A stretch of 64,000 bases of DNA from Octopus sinensis. Lineage: Eukaryota. A program made the translations under genes and the position numbers. The notes beneath the pieces were generated by a model that was given only the letters and a program-made list of their open reading frames with translations, was not told the origin of the DNA and searched no databases. The first letter of the stretch is position 1; each line of letters begins with the position of its first letter. This document shows positions 63,137-64,000 of this stretch, one piece after another. The stretch covers positions 34,906,001 to 34,970,000 of the forward strand of contig NC_043013.1 in assembly GCF_006345805.1 (NCBI RefSeq), read 5' to 3'.

Positions 63137-63626
63137 GTTTGTGCAAAATGCTAGCATCTAATGTTTCCTAAGATATTTACGCACAGACATGCTAGACCAA
63201 ATATCTCAAAACATTCATTTAAAAGCCCTTCAATTGCCTAGTGGTGGGTGGGAGGAGGAAGAGGAGGAGGCAAAGGAAAGGGGTAACCAAAAAAACAAAA
63301 CAAAACAAAAATAAACAGTTTTCTTTACAGATCAAATTAACAATACTATAATAGTAGTTTGAGTTTATCCAAGGATAAGTCTAATCTCATAAGCAGATGT
63401 TAGTTAAATGTTAAATGTAGCATCTTTCTGTGTTGTTTTATTATTTTTAAAAATTTGTGTTTTTTAGTTGGATTTAATATTATTCTTTATATAAGAATTT
63501 TGAAAGCATCATGAGCAATTTATCGCTCCATCAAGCGCTATTTCAACTGTGAAGAATTTTGGTGTCATCTTTGAGCTATCAATGAAACTAGCTTTAACAT
63601 GGAGACAAGTACGAATATATATATAT

Positions 63627-63658
<32 letters not shown>

Positions 63659-64000
63659 ATATATATATATATATACATGTAGACTTGTACATATGTTTGT
63701 GCTTGTTGTTCTTGTTCTTGATTTGTTTATCTTCAAATCATCCTTGATCAAGCAGACCTAAGATCAAAGGCTTTTATTTTTGAGCCATGACCAACCCATC
63801 TCGAAAGCCCTATTGTTTAATGTGCTTCTTTTCTCTCTAAGACCCCAGGGAGTTAAATTGAGGGAGATTTGTCTGATATTTCTAATAAGGCAACTGACTA
63901 TGTAGAGACAGCCTCATTCATTAATTAATAAAACAAATAGTATGATAGAGTGGAGGCTGCTGACCAGCTTGATGTTAACCTTTTCCTGTTTTCATATCAC

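Overview
This is eukaryotic, AT-rich DNA that is extremely dense in microsatellites. Its SINE families and repeat style resemble an octopus (coleoid cephalopod) genome; that is inferred from pattern recognition, not a database hit. I find no intact, identifiable protein-coding gene, rRNA, true tRNA or CRISPR array. Almost all ORFs in the supplied track are translated microsatellites or SINE read-through. The window is a mosaic of several repeat classes. (1) About 30 tRNA-derived SINE copies from at least five families. (2) Decayed or 5'-truncated non-LTR retrotransposons from four groups: RTE, CR1-like, R4/Dong-like and HERO-like (the last two carry restriction-like endonucleases). (3) DNA-transposon relics: a Helitron, a DINE-1/HINE-like element, mariner, Tigger-like and piggyBac-like MITEs, and two long foldback elements. 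(4) An apparently identical 3 x 897-bp tandem array. The most interesting observations concern how these elements interact. RTE LINEs have inserted twice, in the sense orientation, into the internal (TA)n tract of the same SINE family, giving composites with a Pol III promoter and no internal T4 terminator. Dong-like elements and an unclassified ~510-bp element sit specifically in (TAA/ATT)n tracts. One RTE 3' UTR is built from nested hairpin-bearing tandem repeats. Penelope-type minimal hammerhead-ribozyme relics are present, and several long inverted repeats could form dsRNA. A few short unique islands could be exons or enhancers of a host gene, but the sequence alone cannot confirm this.
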